Both the position numbers and the translations under genes were made by a program. From Kiritimatiellia bacterium (GTDB lineage Bacteria; Verrucomicrobiota; Kiritimatiellia; JAAZAB01), in assembly GCA_040767085.1 (NCBI GenBank), contig JAXGPF010000011.1:32001-96000 (forward strand): a DNA stretch of 64,000 nucleotides, in the 5' to 3' direction. A model generated the notes under the pieces. It was given only the letters and a program-made list of their open reading frames with translations, made no database searches and had not been told where the DNA came from. Shown here one piece after another: positions 48,926-59,342 of the stretch. How positions within the stretch are numbered: the stretch's first letter is position 1; each line of letters opens with the position of its first letter.

Positions 48926-50923
48926 ATGGAACAACAAAATCACAACGACAAGCCGGGAAAAAACGCCGGGGACGCCCCCCGCAACAATCTGCGCACGCTG
49001 GGCCTGTGGATGGCCCTGTTGGCGGCTTTTTTCCTGATGTTCAACCTGTTCCAGAATGGCAAGGAACAGGCGGAGGACCTGGCTTATAATCCCGATTTCG
49101 TTCAATTGGTGGAAAACAACAAAATCCGCAAATGCGAAATCGTGACCGAGGTGTCCGGCGGCCAGTTTATCCGGGGCGAAATGACGGAGTTGGACGATAA
49201 AACCGGCCGGCCGCGCCGGTTCCGCGTGGACATCGTGGTCACCGACGGCCTGCCGGAGTGGCTGAAGGGGCACGGCGTCCCCTTCGCTTTCACCCGCCAG
49301 CGGATAGATTTCTGGCAAATCGCCCAAAGCGCGCTGCCGTTTCTGTTCGTGCTGGGGCTGCTGTATTTCCTGTTCGTGCGCCAGATGCGCGCCATGGGCC
49401 ACGGCGCCATGAGCTTTGGCAAAAGCCGCGCCCGCTTGCTCTCGCGCGAACAAAACAAGATCACCTTCCAGGATGTGGCCGGCGTGATCGAAGCCAAGGA
49501 AGAAGTCCAGGAAATCGTGGAATTCCTGAAGGACCCCAAAAGGTTTCAAAACCTCGGCGGACGCATGCCCAAGGGCGTGCTGCTGATGGGCCCTCCGGGC
49601 ACGGGCAAGACGCTCCTCGCCAAGGCCATCGCCGGCGAGGCGGATGTGCCGTTTTTCAGCATCAGCGGTTCGGATTTCGTCGAGATGTTCGTCGGGGTCG
49701 GCGCCTCGCGTGTGCGCGACATGTTCGAGCAGGGCAAGAAAAACGCGCCGTGCATCATTTTTATTGATGAAATCGACGCCGTCGGCCGCAGCCGGTTCAG
49801 CGGCATCGGCGGCGGGCACGATGAGCGCGAACAGACCCTCAACGCCCTGCTGGTGGAAATGGACGGCTTTGAAACCCAGGACGGCGTGATCATCATCGCC
49901 GCCACCAACCGCTCCGATGTGCTCGATCCCGCCCTGCTGCGGCCCGGCCGGTTCGACCGCCAGATCGTGATTGACCTGCCCGCGCTGGACGGCCGCGAGG
50001 AAATTCTGCGCCTGCATGCTAAAAAAATCGCGCTGGCCGAAGGGCTGGACCTGAAACGCCTGGCGCGCGGCACCTCGGGCTTTTCCGGGGCGGACCTGGC
50101 CAACCTGATCAACGAAGCCGCCCTGCTGGCCTCCCGCGAAGGTAAAAAATCCGTGGAAATGCGCGATCTGGAAGAAGCGCGCGACAAGGTCCGCTGGGGC
50201 CGCGAACGCCGCAGCCGCGTCATGGACGACGAGGAGAAACGCCTGACCGCCTACCACGAGGCCGGCCATGCGCTGGTATTGAAGATGGTGGAAAAAAGCG
50301 AGCCGGTGCATAAAATCACCATCATCCCCCGCGGCAATGCCTACCTGGGCGCCACCATGCAACTGCCGGAGAAAGACCGGTACACGGAAAGCCTGCTGAA
50401 ACTCCGCTGCACCCTGACCGGCATGATGGGCGGACGGGCCGCGGAAAAACTGGCGCTGGGCGACATCACCACCGGCGCCGGCAACGACCTGAAACAAGCC
50501 ACGCACCTGGCCCGAATGATGGTCTGCAATTGGGGCATGAGCGAAGAACTCGGTCCGCAGACTTTCGGCAGCAACGAGGAACTCCTGTTCTTCGGCCGGG
50601 AAGTCTCGCGCTCCCAGGATTTCAGCGAAGAGACCGCCCGGCGCATTGACATGGAAGTCAACCGCCTCCTGCGCGCGGCTTTCGACGAAGCCACCGCCAT
50701 CCTGCAAAAGCATCGCGATAAACTTGACTTGATCGCCCAGACCCTGCTGGAACGCGAAACCCTGGACGAACAGGAAGTCAACGACTTGATTAAACTCGGC
50801 CGGATTGACACTCCGCCCCCGCCCCCGGCCGCGGCCTCGCCGGCGACGCCGGCAACACCCGCCGCGGCCGACACGCCGCCTCCTATGCCCGCGGCTGAGG
50901 CTACCGGCACCGCCCCGGCATAA
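48926..50923 (+). CDS. ftsH: ATP-dependent zinc metalloprotease FtsH
   Basis: Two TM segments, [54 protein letters not shown]. Confidence 0.98.
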   Translation: MEQQNHNDKPGKNAGDAPRNNLRTLGLWMALLAAFFLMFNLFQNGKEQAEDLAYNPDFVQLVENNKIRKCEIVTEVSGGQFIRGEMTELDDKTGRPRRFRVDIVVTDGLPEWLKGHGVPFAFTRQRIDFWQIAQSALPFLFVLGLLYFLFVRQMRAMGHGAMSFGKSRARLLSREQNKITFQDVAGVIEAKEEVQEIVEFLKDPKRFQNLGGRMPKGVLLMGPPGTGKTLLAKAIAGEADVPFFSISGSDFVEMFVGVGASRVRDMFEQGKKNAPCIIFIDEIDAVGRSRFSGIGGGHDEREQTLNALLVEMDGFETQDGVIIIAATNRSDVLDPALLRPGRFDRQIVIDLPALDGREEILRLHAKKIALAEGLDLKRLARGTSGFSGADLANLINEAALLASREGKKSVEMRDLEEARDKVRWGRERRSRVMDDEEKRLTAYHEAGHALVLKMVEKSEPVHKITIIPRGNAYLGATMQLPEKDRYTESLLKLRCTLTGMMGGRAAEKLALGDITTGAGNDLKQATHLARMMVCNWGMSEELGPQTFGSNEELLFFGREVSRSQDFSEETARRIDMEVNRLLRAAFDEATAILQKHRDKLDLIAQTLLERETLDEQEVNDLIKLGRIDTPPPPPAAASPATPATPAAADTPPPMPAAEATGTAPA

Positions 50924-50997
50924 AGCCTGGCGCGGATCCGGACGGCGGAGGGGAAGATGCAGGTCATTGCGGAAAGACATAACGGACGGAATCGGAC

Positions 50998-51897
50998 ATG
51001 CCGGATCAGAAAAATTTCGGGCTCCCAGTTCCAGCCGACACGCTTGTCTGGCGCTGCCGCGGCCGGATACTGCGCCTCGACGGCCGGCCGTTGATCATGG
51101 GCGTCCTCAACGCCACGCCGGACTCGTTTTCCGATGGCGGCCGGTTCGCCGATCCGGAAACTGCCATCGCCCACGGCCTGCAAATGGTCCGGGATGGCGC
51201 CGATATCATTGACGTCGGCGGCGAATCCACCCGCCCGGGCGCCGCGCCCGTGCCGGCCGAAATCGAAAGCGCGCGCATTCTGCCGGTGCTCCGCGGGCTG
51301 GCGCGCCAGACCGCCTGCCTGCTTTCAGTGGATACTACCAAGGCCGCCGTGGCCGCCCCGGCGCTCGATGCCGGCGCCCATATTATCAACGACATCTCCG
51401 CCCTGACCGCCGACCCGGACATGGCGGAACTGGCACGCCGGCACGGCGCGGGCGTGGTCCTGATGCACCGCCAGGGATTGCCCCCTGCCATGCAGGATAA
51501 CCCGCGCTACGAAGACGTCGTGTGCGAGGTGGCCGCCTGGCTGGCCGAGCGCGCCGCGGCCGCCGGCGCCGCCGGGCTGGACCCGCAGACCCTGGCGCTG
51601 GATCCCGGCATCGGTTTCGGCAAAACCACGCGGCATAACCTGCAATTGCTGGCCAACCTCCCCGCCCTGGCCCGCGGCGCCGGGGAGCGCCCGTTGGTGG
51701 TCGGCCTGTCGCGCAAACGTTTCCTCGGGGAAATCACCGGCCGCGATGATCCGGCGGACCGGCTGCCGGCGACGGTGGCAGGGCTGGCATGGGCGGCGCT
51801 GGCGGGCGCGCAGGTGCTGCGGGTGCATGACGTGAGCGCCGCCCGCGACGCCCTGCTGGTGCTGCAGGCTATGCAAAAGGAGCGCCGGACGCCATGA
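50998..51897 (+). CDS. folP: Dihydropteroate synthase
   Basis: IMGVLNATPDSFSDGG, IDVGGESTRPG, DPGIGFGK, SRKRF, RVHDV. Confidence 0.97.
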   Translation: MPDQKNFGLPVPADTLVWRCRGRILRLDGRPLIMGVLNATPDSFSDGGRFADPETAIAHGLQMVRDGADIIDVGGESTRPGAAPVPAEIESARILPVLRGLARQTACLLSVDTTKAAVAAPALDAGAHIINDISALTADPDMAELARRHGAGVVLMHRQGLPPAMQDNPRYEDVVCEVAAWLAERAAAAGAAGLDPQTLALDPGIGFGKTTRHNLQLLANLPALARGAGERPLVVGLSRKRFLGEITGRDDPADRLPATVAGLAWAALAGAQVLRVHDVSAARDALLVLQAMQKERRTP

Positions 51898-52769
51898 CCT
51901 GGATGCACCGCCTCAGTTTCCCGGATGTGAACGGCTGGGTGGAAATCATCTGCCTGGCGGTAATTTTCTACTACGTGCTGTTTTTCTTCCGCGGCACCCG
52001 CGGCGCGCCGGCCCTGATGGGTTTCATTACCCTGTTTATTATCATGCTGGTCGGCACCAGCCTGTTTCACCTCGACGCCCTGAACTGGCTGCTGGGCCGT
52101 TTTTCCGTCTATCTGGCCGTGGCCTTCCTGGTTATTTTCCAGCCGGAAATCCGGCGCGTGCTCGCGGAAATCGGCAAGCAGCACATCTTCGCCGGGCCGG
52201 CGGCCGAGCAGCAGGTGATTGACAGCATTGTCGAGGCGGCGGCCATCCTCGCCCGCCGCAAAATCGGGGCCTTGATCGCCGTGGAACGGGGGATCGGCAT
52301 CCGCAATATCCAGGAAACCGGCGTGCCGATAGACGCCGCCGTCACACCGGAACTGCTGGCCAGCATTTTTTTCCCTTACACCCCCCTGCATGACGGCGGG
52401 GTCGTCATCAGCGGCGACCGGCTGGCGGCCGCCAGCTGCGTTTTCCCGCTCTCCATGCGCGAGGAATTCAGCCGCATGCTCGGCACACGCCACCGCGCGG
52501 CCGTGGGCCTGACCGAAGAAACCGACGCGCTGGTGGTGGTGGTCTCCGAAGAAACCGGCGGCGTTTCGCTGAGCCAGGAAGGCCGCCTGCTTCAGCACCT
52601 GGAAATGGAACAATTGCGCCGGCTGCTGACCGGCAGCCTGCAAAAACATCTGCCGGCGCGCCGGCGCTGGTCGGCGGCGCGCCAATGGCTGCTGCGCGCG
52701 TTCGGCGCGCCGGCCAAGCCGGATGCCGAAAAACGCCGGCCGGCCGCCACGGGGGCAAACCAGGCATGA
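51894..52769 (+). CDS. cdaA: Diadenylate cyclase CdaA/DacA
   Basis: Three TM segments, VIFQPEIRR.L, PLHDGGV, GTRHRAAVG.TEETD. Confidence 0.93.
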   Translation: MTWMHRLSFPDVNGWVEIICLAVIFYYVLFFFRGTRGAPALMGFITLFIIMLVGTSLFHLDALNWLLGRFSVYLAVAFLVIFQPEIRRVLAEIGKQHIFAGPAAEQQVIDSIVEAAAILARRKIGALIAVERGIGIRNIQETGVPIDAAVTPELLASIFFPYTPLHDGGVVISGDRLAAASCVFPLSMREEFSRMLGTRHRAAVGLTEETDALVVVVSEETGGVSLSQEGRLLQHLEMEQLRRLLTGSLQKHLPARRRWSAARQWLLRAFGAPAKPDAEKRRPAATGANQA

Positions 52770-53749
52770 ACTTGAAAAAAATCATCCTGCCCAACCTCAG
52801 GCTGAAATTGCTGGCCCTGGCCCTGGCCCTGGTCTCCTGGTACGCCATCCGCGAAACGATCAGCTTTGAAATCACGGTCTCGGATATTCCGCTGGATATC
52901 CAGGCGGATGAAGGCTGGTCGGTGCTGCGGCAGTCCGCCGACAGCGTCACGGCCACGTTCCGCGGCTCGCAGGAAGATATCCGCCTGATGGATCAGAAAC
53001 AATTGCGCGCTACCCTGAAAATCAATGCCGGCGCCGCGCGCCGGGAGGAGGAAATCACCCTCACCCCCGATCATATCGCCGGCACCCGCGGCGTGCGCGC
53101 AGTGCGGGTGCATCCCGAACGCGTCTCCGTCAGCCTGGACCGCGAATCGGAACGCAAGGTCCCGGTCAAGGCCCGCACCGCCGGGCGCCCGTTTGCCGGC
53201 GAAATCGAAACCCTGCTCTGCGAGCCGGCCATCGTTTCGCTGCGCGGCCCGGCCACCCACCTGGAACAGACGGAATGGGTCTTCACCGAGCCGGTGGATG
53301 TGGATGGACGCACCAGTTCGTTCCGCAAACGCTGCCGGGTGCTCCCCCCCAGCAATCTCTGGACGCCCCGCATCGACCCGCCCGAGGTGCAGGTCAGCGT
53401 GATGATCGTCCAGCAGACCGCCAGCCAGACCTGGAGCGAGGTGGAGGTCGCAGCGCTCGTGCCTCCCGGCCAGGCTTCCCGGATTTCCATCGTGCCATCC
53501 AAGGTCCAGGTCATCGCCAGCGGCACACCCGAGTCCGTGGCCGCGCTCCGGCAAGCCATACCGCGCGTGTTCGTGGATTGCCGGGAACTGGACCCGTCGC
53601 TGACCTACGACCTGCCGGTCAGTATCCATCTGCCTGCCGGCGCCGGGGCCACGGCAGTGGCGGAGCCGCCCGTGGCGCATATTGTTTTCGAACGGGCCTT
53701 GCCCGGCCATCCGCTGGTATTGCCGGGGGAAAACGGCATGCCGCCATGA
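52766..53749 (+). CDS. cdaR: CdaR/YbbR-like protein
   Basis: N-terminal KLLAL.LAL..W TM anchor and repeated P..V.V.G YbbR-like segments; start overlaps the cdaA stop. Confidence 0.78.
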   Translation: MNLKKIILPNLRLKLLALALALVSWYAIRETISFEITVSDIPLDIQADEGWSVLRQSADSVTATFRGSQEDIRLMDQKQLRATLKINAGAARREEEITLTPDHIAGTRGVRAVRVHPERVSVSLDRESERKVPVKARTAGRPFAGEIETLLCEPAIVSLRGPATHLEQTEWVFTEPVDVDGRTSSFRKRCRVLPPSNLWTPRIDPPEVQVSVMIVQQTASQTWSEVEVAALVPPGQASRISIVPSKVQVIASGTPESVAALRQAIPRVFVDCRELDPSLTYDLPVSIHLPAGAGATAVAEPPVAHIVFERALPGHPLVLPGENGMPP

Positions 53750-53914
53750 TTCTCATAGTTTCAAAAGTCCCCCGGCGGGTTCAGACAAAGGTTATGCATC
53801 ACGAACCATCTTACATCGGTAGGGCGCCCAGTGCCGCCAGCGCGGCCCGCGCCTTGGGCGCCAGTGCAAAACGCGGTTTTTGATATTGGCTCAGTTGACA
53901 GGAATTATTTCGAT

Positions 53915-56344
53915 ATGGCGGAAAAAACACCAACCCGCTCCACCGGTATCCGGGAAATGTGGGGCATCATTCTGCTGACTTTTGCCGTGTTGACCGCCTT
54001 GGCGCTGTCTTCCTATGACTGGGCCGATATCGCCCTGCTGCGCAATCCGCCGAACGATCCGCCCCTGAATTTTATCGGGCCGGTCGGCGCCTGGACGGCG
54101 TTTCTCTTCCTGATGACGCTGGGCTTGGGCGCTTTCCTGGTGCCGCTGCTGGCAGTTGCGCTCGGGTTGATCCTGCTGCTTTATCCCCGTACGCCGTTCC
54201 TGCCGCGCTGCTGCTGGAGCCTCCTGGCGGTACTGCTGTCCGCCGCGTTTCTCCCGCTGTTTCCCGGCTGGTGCGACAACTTCTGCCTGCGTTTGAATAT
54301 CCAGGGCTTAAGCGGAGGCATGTTCGGTTGGCTGTTGACTGACAGCTTTTTACGCGAATTGCTGGGGCACACCGGCGCCGCCATCCTGCTCGGCGGATTT
54401 CTTTGCGCCAGCCTGGTTATGTTCATCGGCCGCACAGCCCTGGCTCGCCTGGCGCACGCCATCCAGGCCGGCTGCTCCCTGCTGCTGGCCCGGTACCGCG
54501 CCGCCCAGGCCGCCCGCCGCAGCCGCCTCGAATTGCTGGAACGCGAAGCCCGCACCCTGGCCCGCCAGCGAGAAGTGCTCGAAAAGGAATTGCGCCGCAA
54601 TCCGCCGCAACGCCCCCCGGCCCCGAAAGTTCCGCCCCCAGCGCCACCAGCGACCCCTACGCCACTGCCTACGCCTCCATCGCCCCCCACGCCAACGCCT
54701 CTACCCGCTCCGGCCAAACCGGCAGCACGCCCGCCCGCCAAGCCCCCGACCCACGCTGTCCCACCCAGCGCGCCGGCGCCGGCCGCGCCTGGCGCCCCCT
54801 TGCCGTATCAACTGCCGCCGCTCAACCTGCTGCACCAGACGCCCGAGGGCCAAGACCGCCAGATTGACGGCGACATGCATACCACGGCCAAGGTGCTCAA
54901 GGATACCCTGGCTGAATTCGGCATTGAATGCGAAGTGACCAATATCGAGCAAGGCCCGGTGGTGACCCGCTATGAACTGCTGCCGGCGCCGGGTATTCGC
55001 GTGGAAAATATCGCCAAACTGAGCAACAATCTCCAACTCACCCTCAAGGCCACCAGTATCCGCGTCCAGGCCCCGATTCCCGGCAAGGGCGTAGTCGGCA
55101 TTGAAGTCCCCAACGCCATCGCCACCAAGGTGTACTTGCGCGATATCCTGGAAAGCGAGCAGTGGCAGAATACGCGCGCGGCCATTCCGCTGGTCCTGGG
55201 CAAAGACGTCGGCGGCAGCGTGCTGGTGTCCGACCTGGCCAGCATGCCCCACCTGCTGATTGCCGGCGCCACCGGGTCGGGAAAAACGGTCTGCATGAAT
55301 TCCATCCTGGCGGGCATGCTGATGTCGCGCTCGCCCGAAGATCTGCGCCTGATCCTGGTGGACCCGAAAATCGTGGAGTTTTCGGTGTATAACGATCTGC
55401 CGCACCTCGCCACGCCGGTGATCACCGACCATAAGAAAGTCATCTTCGGGCTGCGCTGGGCCATCAATGAAATGAACAAGCGCTACAAGCTTTTCGCCCG
55501 CGCCGGCGTCCGCAATATCGCTTCCTACAACGAGCGCATGCGCGCCCATCCGCCCGCGCCCGGGGGCGATGAAGAGGCGGCGTTCCCGCCGCATGTGCCG
55601 TATATTGTGATCGTGATTGACGAACTGGCCGACCTGATGATGATGGCCCGGGCGGAAGTCGAAAATGCCATCGCCCGCCTGGCGCAATTGTCGCGCGCCG
55701 TCGGCATACACATGATCCTCGCCACCCAGCGGCCGTCCGTGAACGTCATCACCGGCACCATCAAAGCCAACTTCCCGGCGCGCATCTCGTTCCAGGTGGC
55801 CCAGAAAGTGGATAGCCGCACGATTCTCGACACCGGCGGGGCCGACAAGCTGCTGGGCCGCGGCGATATGCTGCTGCTGCCGCCCGGCAGCAGTAAGCTG
55901 ATCCGGGCCCAGGGAGCGATGACTTCCGATGAAGACATCCATGCCTTGGTCGAATTCATCAAGCAGCAGGCGCTCCCCGCCAAATTCGAAATTCCCAACC
56001 CGGACGAAGTGGATGCCAAGTCCGCCGCCATGCCCGGGCTGCCCGGCGCGGAAGAAGAGGATGACACGGACAATGAATTACTGGACGCCGCCACCAACAT
56101 CATCCGCGAAACACGGCGCGCATCTGTTTCGCTGCTGCAACGCCGGTTGAAGATCGGCTACAACCGCGCCGGCCGCCTGATGGATGTCCTGGAAGAGCGC
56201 GGCATTGTCGGCCCGGCCCGCGGCTCCGACCCGCGTGAGATTTTGATTGATCTTGAAGCCCAAACCGCGGATAATCTAGTGCCTGAAACCGAAAACGCCG
56301 GGACCAGCGAAAACACGGAATGGAATCAATCGGACAAATCCTGA
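53915..56344 (+). CDS. ftsK: DNA translocase FtsK
   Basis: 4TM N-terminus, Pro-rich linker, MPHLLIAGATGSGKT, IDELADLMM, ATQRPSV.VITG.IKAN, gamma domain SVSLLQRRLKIGYNRAGRL. Confidence 0.97.
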   Translation: MAEKTPTRSTGIREMWGIILLTFAVLTALALSSYDWADIALLRNPPNDPPLNFIGPVGAWTAFLFLMTLGLGAFLVPLLAVALGLILLLYPRTPFLPRCCWSLLAVLLSAAFLPLFPGWCDNFCLRLNIQGLSGGMFGWLLTDSFLRELLGHTGAAILLGGFLCASLVMFIGRTALARLAHAIQAGCSLLLARYRAAQAARRSRLELLEREARTLARQREVLEKELRRNPPQRPPAPKVPPPAPPATPTPLPTPPSPPTPTPLPAPAKPAARPPAKPPTHAVPPSAPAPAAPGAPLPYQLPPLNLLHQTPEGQDRQIDGDMHTTAKVLKDTLAEFGIECEVTNIEQGPVVTRYELLPAPGIRVENIAKLSNNLQLTLKATSIRVQAPIPGKGVVGIEVPNAIATKVYLRDILESEQWQNTRAAIPLVLGKDVGGSVLVSDLASMPHLLIAGATGSGKTVCMNSILAGMLMSRSPEDLRLILVDPKIVEFSVYNDLPHLATPVITDHKKVIFGLRWAINEMNKRYKLFARAGVRNIASYNERMRAHPPAPGGDEEAAFPPHVPYIVIVIDELADLMMMARAEVENAIARLAQLSRAVGIHMILATQRPSVNVITGTIKANFPARISFQVAQKVDSRTILDTGGADKLLGRGDMLLLPPGSSKLIRAQGAMTSDEDIHALVEFIKQQALPAKFEIPNPDEVDAKSAAMPGLPGAEEEDDTDNELLDAATNIIRETRRASVSLLQRRLKIGYNRAGRLMDVLEERGIVGPARGSDPREILIDLEAQTADNLVPETENAGTSENTEWNQSDKS

Positions 56345-57150
56345 AAGCCGCCCGCGAGCAGCAAGGCCATACCATCGCCGAGGCCGCCGATGCCATCAAG
56401 GCCAAGCAGATGATCATCCAGGCGATCGAAACCAACGATTTCGAGGAATTGATCGCGCCGGTTTACGCGCGGGGCTTTATCAAGCTCTACGCCGAGTATC
56501 TCGGCCTGAACCCCCAGCCGCTGCTGAAAATCTACCGCCGGCAAAGCGAACAACCCGCCGCCGGCAAGACTTATTCCTTCACACCGCAACGCACCAGGCC
56601 GCCCACTCCCTCCACCGCCGCCGCCCCGGCGCCGGCGCCCTTGATTGCGCCGGTTCCCGCCCCGGCGCCGGCATCCGCGCCCGCCGTAACGGCGTCGGCC
56701 GCGGCGCCGGTCAGGCCCGCCTTTCAGCCCGGTTCAGCCACCCGCCCTTCCACTCCGGCCCCGGCCAGGCCGCCAGCCGATTTGGGCCGGCGGTTCAATC
56801 CGCCGCTGCAGGCGCGCAAACCGCTGCGCGAGCGGCTGCGTTGGCGGGTGGATTTTGCCGGACTGTCTCAGCGTCTGCGCGCATTATGCCGGCCCTGGTT
56901 AACATCCGTGCAGCGTAATGCCCGCACGCTCGCCGGCCGGCTGTGGTCCGCCGCCAGCGCGGGTGGACGCGTATTGGCCACCTGGCTGCGCGCGCCGCGC
57001 GGACGGCAAGCCAGCCTGGCGGTGGCGGCCGTGCTCCTGGTCGCGATCCTCAGCACGGCGCTGCGGCAGGCCTGGATCGACCGGCGGGCGCAATACACCC
57101 CCCCGCCGCAATACGGCTGGCTGCAGCCGCCGCCCGCTCCCTATCCGTAA
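56320..57150 (+). CDS. RodZ-like HTH membrane protein
   Basis: SIGQILK.ARE.QG.TI...AIE..DF......VYARGFIKLYAEYLGL, Pro/Ala linker, one TM near the C-terminus. Confidence 0.8.
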   Translation: MESIGQILKAAREQQGHTIAEAADAIKAKQMIIQAIETNDFEELIAPVYARGFIKLYAEYLGLNPQPLLKIYRRQSEQPAAGKTYSFTPQRTRPPTPSTAAAPAPAPLIAPVPAPAPASAPAVTASAAAPVRPAFQPGSATRPSTPAPARPPADLGRRFNPPLQARKPLRERLRWRVDFAGLSQRLRALCRPWLTSVQRNARTLAGRLWSAASAGGRVLATWLRAPRGRQASLAVAAVLLVAILSTALRQAWIDRRAQYTPPPQYGWLQPPPAPYP

Positions 57151-57251
57151 CATAAAGCGCAGTCATGCGTGCCGGGATTTCGCATGCCAGCCCTGGCGGA
57201 ATTATTAATTTATGGGACTGACTCCTGGCGCACTTTTTCCTACTGGTGAAC

Positions 57252-57835
57252 TCATTTGCCGAGCAGCGTGTGCATCGCGCGCCAGCCGGCCGCCCGGACG
57301 CCGGGACACAACGGCATCGGTTCCGCATGTTCCGCCGTGCCGGCATGCACGACCGCCGCTTGCGACGCGCGCCGCTTCATCGCTGCCGCCAGCCGGAGCA
57401 GGGAGCGCGCATCGTCCGGCATGGGCGTGCGGGTGGCCTTGGCCTCGATCAGCAGCAGCCGGCGATCGCCTTCGTCCACCACGAAATCAACCTCCAATCC
57501 CTGGCGGTCGCGGAAGCAGTACAACCCCCGTTCGCGCCCCCGATTCAGGCGGTGCTTGACAATTTCGGCGGCGACCAGCCCCTCAAACAGCGGCCCGCGG
57601 AAAGGCGAGGTTGCCAGGGACGCTTCGTCCCGGATGCCCAGCAGCGCGGCCGCCAGCCCGGAATCCGCGAAATAGAGCTTTGGCGTCTTGACAATCCGTT
57701 TGCCGAAATTCTCGTAGTAGGGCGGCACCAGGATGATCTGCATGGTGACTTCCAGGATGCCCAGCCATTGGGTGATGGTTGGGACACTGACTCCCAGCGG
57801 CGCGGCCAGATCGGTCTTGTTGAGCATCTGCCCGC
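57252..57835 (-). pseudogene. 3' half of an AAA_14/DUF4143 ATP-binding protein, cut by an insertion
   Basis: GQMLNKTDLA..LGVS.PT...W...LE, N.GKRIVKTPKLYF.DSGL, G.LFE..V..E, RD..GLEVDF, IEAK. The N-terminal ATPase is missing, replaced by AT-rich DNA. Confidence 0.88.
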
Positions 57836-57895
57836 TGTAACGCGAGAAAATAAACGAAAAGGGTAGAAGTATAATAATGAAAAGGGTAAAATCAA

Positions 57896-58606
57896 CTATT
57901 TTCGACCCAATTTCAGGCGGCGGCCGATAGCTAATGCCAGGCGTGCTTGATATGAGTCCCAAAGCGCGTCCGGATCGCCACTCGACTCAACCGCCAGGAG
58001 CATCGCTTGACGTTCGCGCCAGAGGACAGTCCCAGGCGCCGGCACCAGGCGGTTGCCGTGCACATCAAAATAATCAATCTGCCGGGTGTACCGTAATTCC
58101 CATCGGCGCATTAACTCGAGGAATTGGGCATCATCTATCTGGATGATTTCACCCTCCACCACTGGCACGACAATGCCCATTGCACGCAGAACGTCGGGCT
58201 GTAGGGTGATTATATCCAGCGAGGAAAATCCCAGGCCCCGAATTTTAATTGCTGGCACAACCTCTACCACGGCAATCTCAAACGGAGCCACATCACATAA
58301 TTCCGGGGGCAACGGCGCAGCCTTATCGGCCAACAGACGGTATTTAGTGGCCATCTCTCGGCGCAACGCCCACGCTTCCGGATGCGTCGGCACGGCCTGG
58401 GCGGCCGCGCGGATCGTCGCCGCCGCATCCCCTTTGCGCAAATCAATCTCCCGCCACGCGGCGGCCGCGCCGATCCAATCGTTCGACGCCGCACGGGCGG
58501 ATATTTCACCGATCGCGGCGGCATGGGCGGGCGGGCGGCGGTCAGAGACCGGCGCGCCCCATGCCGCGCCGGTCAAAAAAACCACGGCCAAAACCATCCG
58601 GATCAT
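57896..58606 (-). CDS. Hypothetical exported protein (element-encoded)
   Basis: MIRMVLAVVFLTGAAWG signal peptide; start overlaps the upstream stop. Confidence 0.6.
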   Translation of the reverse strand: MIRMVLAVVFLTGAAWGAPVSDRRPPAHAAAIGEISARAASNDWIGAAAAWREIDLRKGDAAATIRAAAQAVPTHPEAWALRREMATKYRLLADKAAPLPPELCDVAPFEIAVVEVVPAIKIRGLGFSSLDIITLQPDVLRAMGIVVPVVEGEIIQIDDAQFLELMRRWELRYTRQIDYFDVHGNRLVPAPGTVLWRERQAMLLAVESSGDPDALWDSYQARLALAIGRRLKLGRK

Positions 58607-59325
58607 TTCTTTTTCTCCAATTCCGACTGTACCCGGCCCAAAAATCTCGTGTTCTCTTCAATGGCTTTCACCACCTTGATCGTGTCCATTAAAAACGCAC
58701 GGTATATCTCGGCGTCCACTGTATTTGGGTTGATCGCATCGAACGCTTTCCAGATGATATGCTTCTCATCCGGGATGGTGAAATTCCAGGCATAATCCCG
58801 GATGAGTTGCATTCTCACTGCGTTAGCCTCTGACGTTTTACCCTGGCCGACAAGCAAATTGGACAATTTTTGGGCTGTCTGCGCCAAAACACCAGGGTCG
58901 GCAGTGGGGTAATCCCGCAGAATGCGCTCATATGTGGCCTGGGCAGCAGCCTGGTCACCCAGCATCTGTTGACAATACCCGGCATACATAGATGCGTTTG
59001 CCAGCATCCTGGCCGGGGCGTCAGGGTAATCTCGGACCAGCGCGTTCAGTTCAATCAGGCCGGCCGCATAGTCTCCCATCCGGTAAATACTGAATGCGCG
59101 GCCGTTTTGAATCTGCGCGCGGATAGCCGCATCCGCATCCGGGAATGCCGCCCGCAACTCATCATACCGCGCCAGCGCGGCGGCCGCATTTGTGAAGCCG
59201 CATTCGCGCGCATAAACCCGAGCCTTTACCAGTTCGGCGGCGGCATCCCTGGGCGGCTTCCCGTCCTGCGCGTATGCCGCGATCCCAATCAATCCCGCTG
59301 CGATCACGATCCTGACTGTTTTCAT
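58603..59325 (-). CDS. Exported TPR-like protein (element-encoded)
   Basis: MKTVRIVIAAGLIGIAAYA-Q signal peptide; helical repeats MGD..A....Y..LV/IL RDYP.A. Confidence 0.7.
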   Translation of the reverse strand: MKTVRIVIAAGLIGIAAYAQDGKPPRDAAAELVKARVYARECGFTNAAAALARYDELRAAFPDADAAIRAQIQNGRAFSIYRMGDYAAGLIELNALVRDYPDAPARMLANASMYAGYCQQMLGDQAAAQATYERILRDYPTADPGVLAQTAQKLSNLLVGQGKTSEANAVRMQLIRDYAWNFTIPDEKHIIWKAFDAINPNTVDAEIYRAFLMDTIKVVKAIEENTRFLGRVQSELEKKK

Positions 59326-59342
59326 ACTACTACTCCTTGCTA

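Noticed and set aside
54600-54800. Pro/Ala-rich repeats in ftsK (also the ftsH tail and rodZ-like gene) as insertions
   Set aside because: Ordinary low-complexity linkers for these proteins.
48917-55942. Long antisense ORFs (e.g. 48917-50980, 54701-55942; also 29542-31599, 33673-34926, 63066-63800)
   Set aside because: Shadows of high-GC genes on the opposite strand, with no recognisable motifs.
57836-57962. Hydrophobic N-terminus of ORF 57252-57962 as a membrane anchor
   Set aside because: It is read-through of the AT-rich element end fused by chance to the cut DUF4143 gene.
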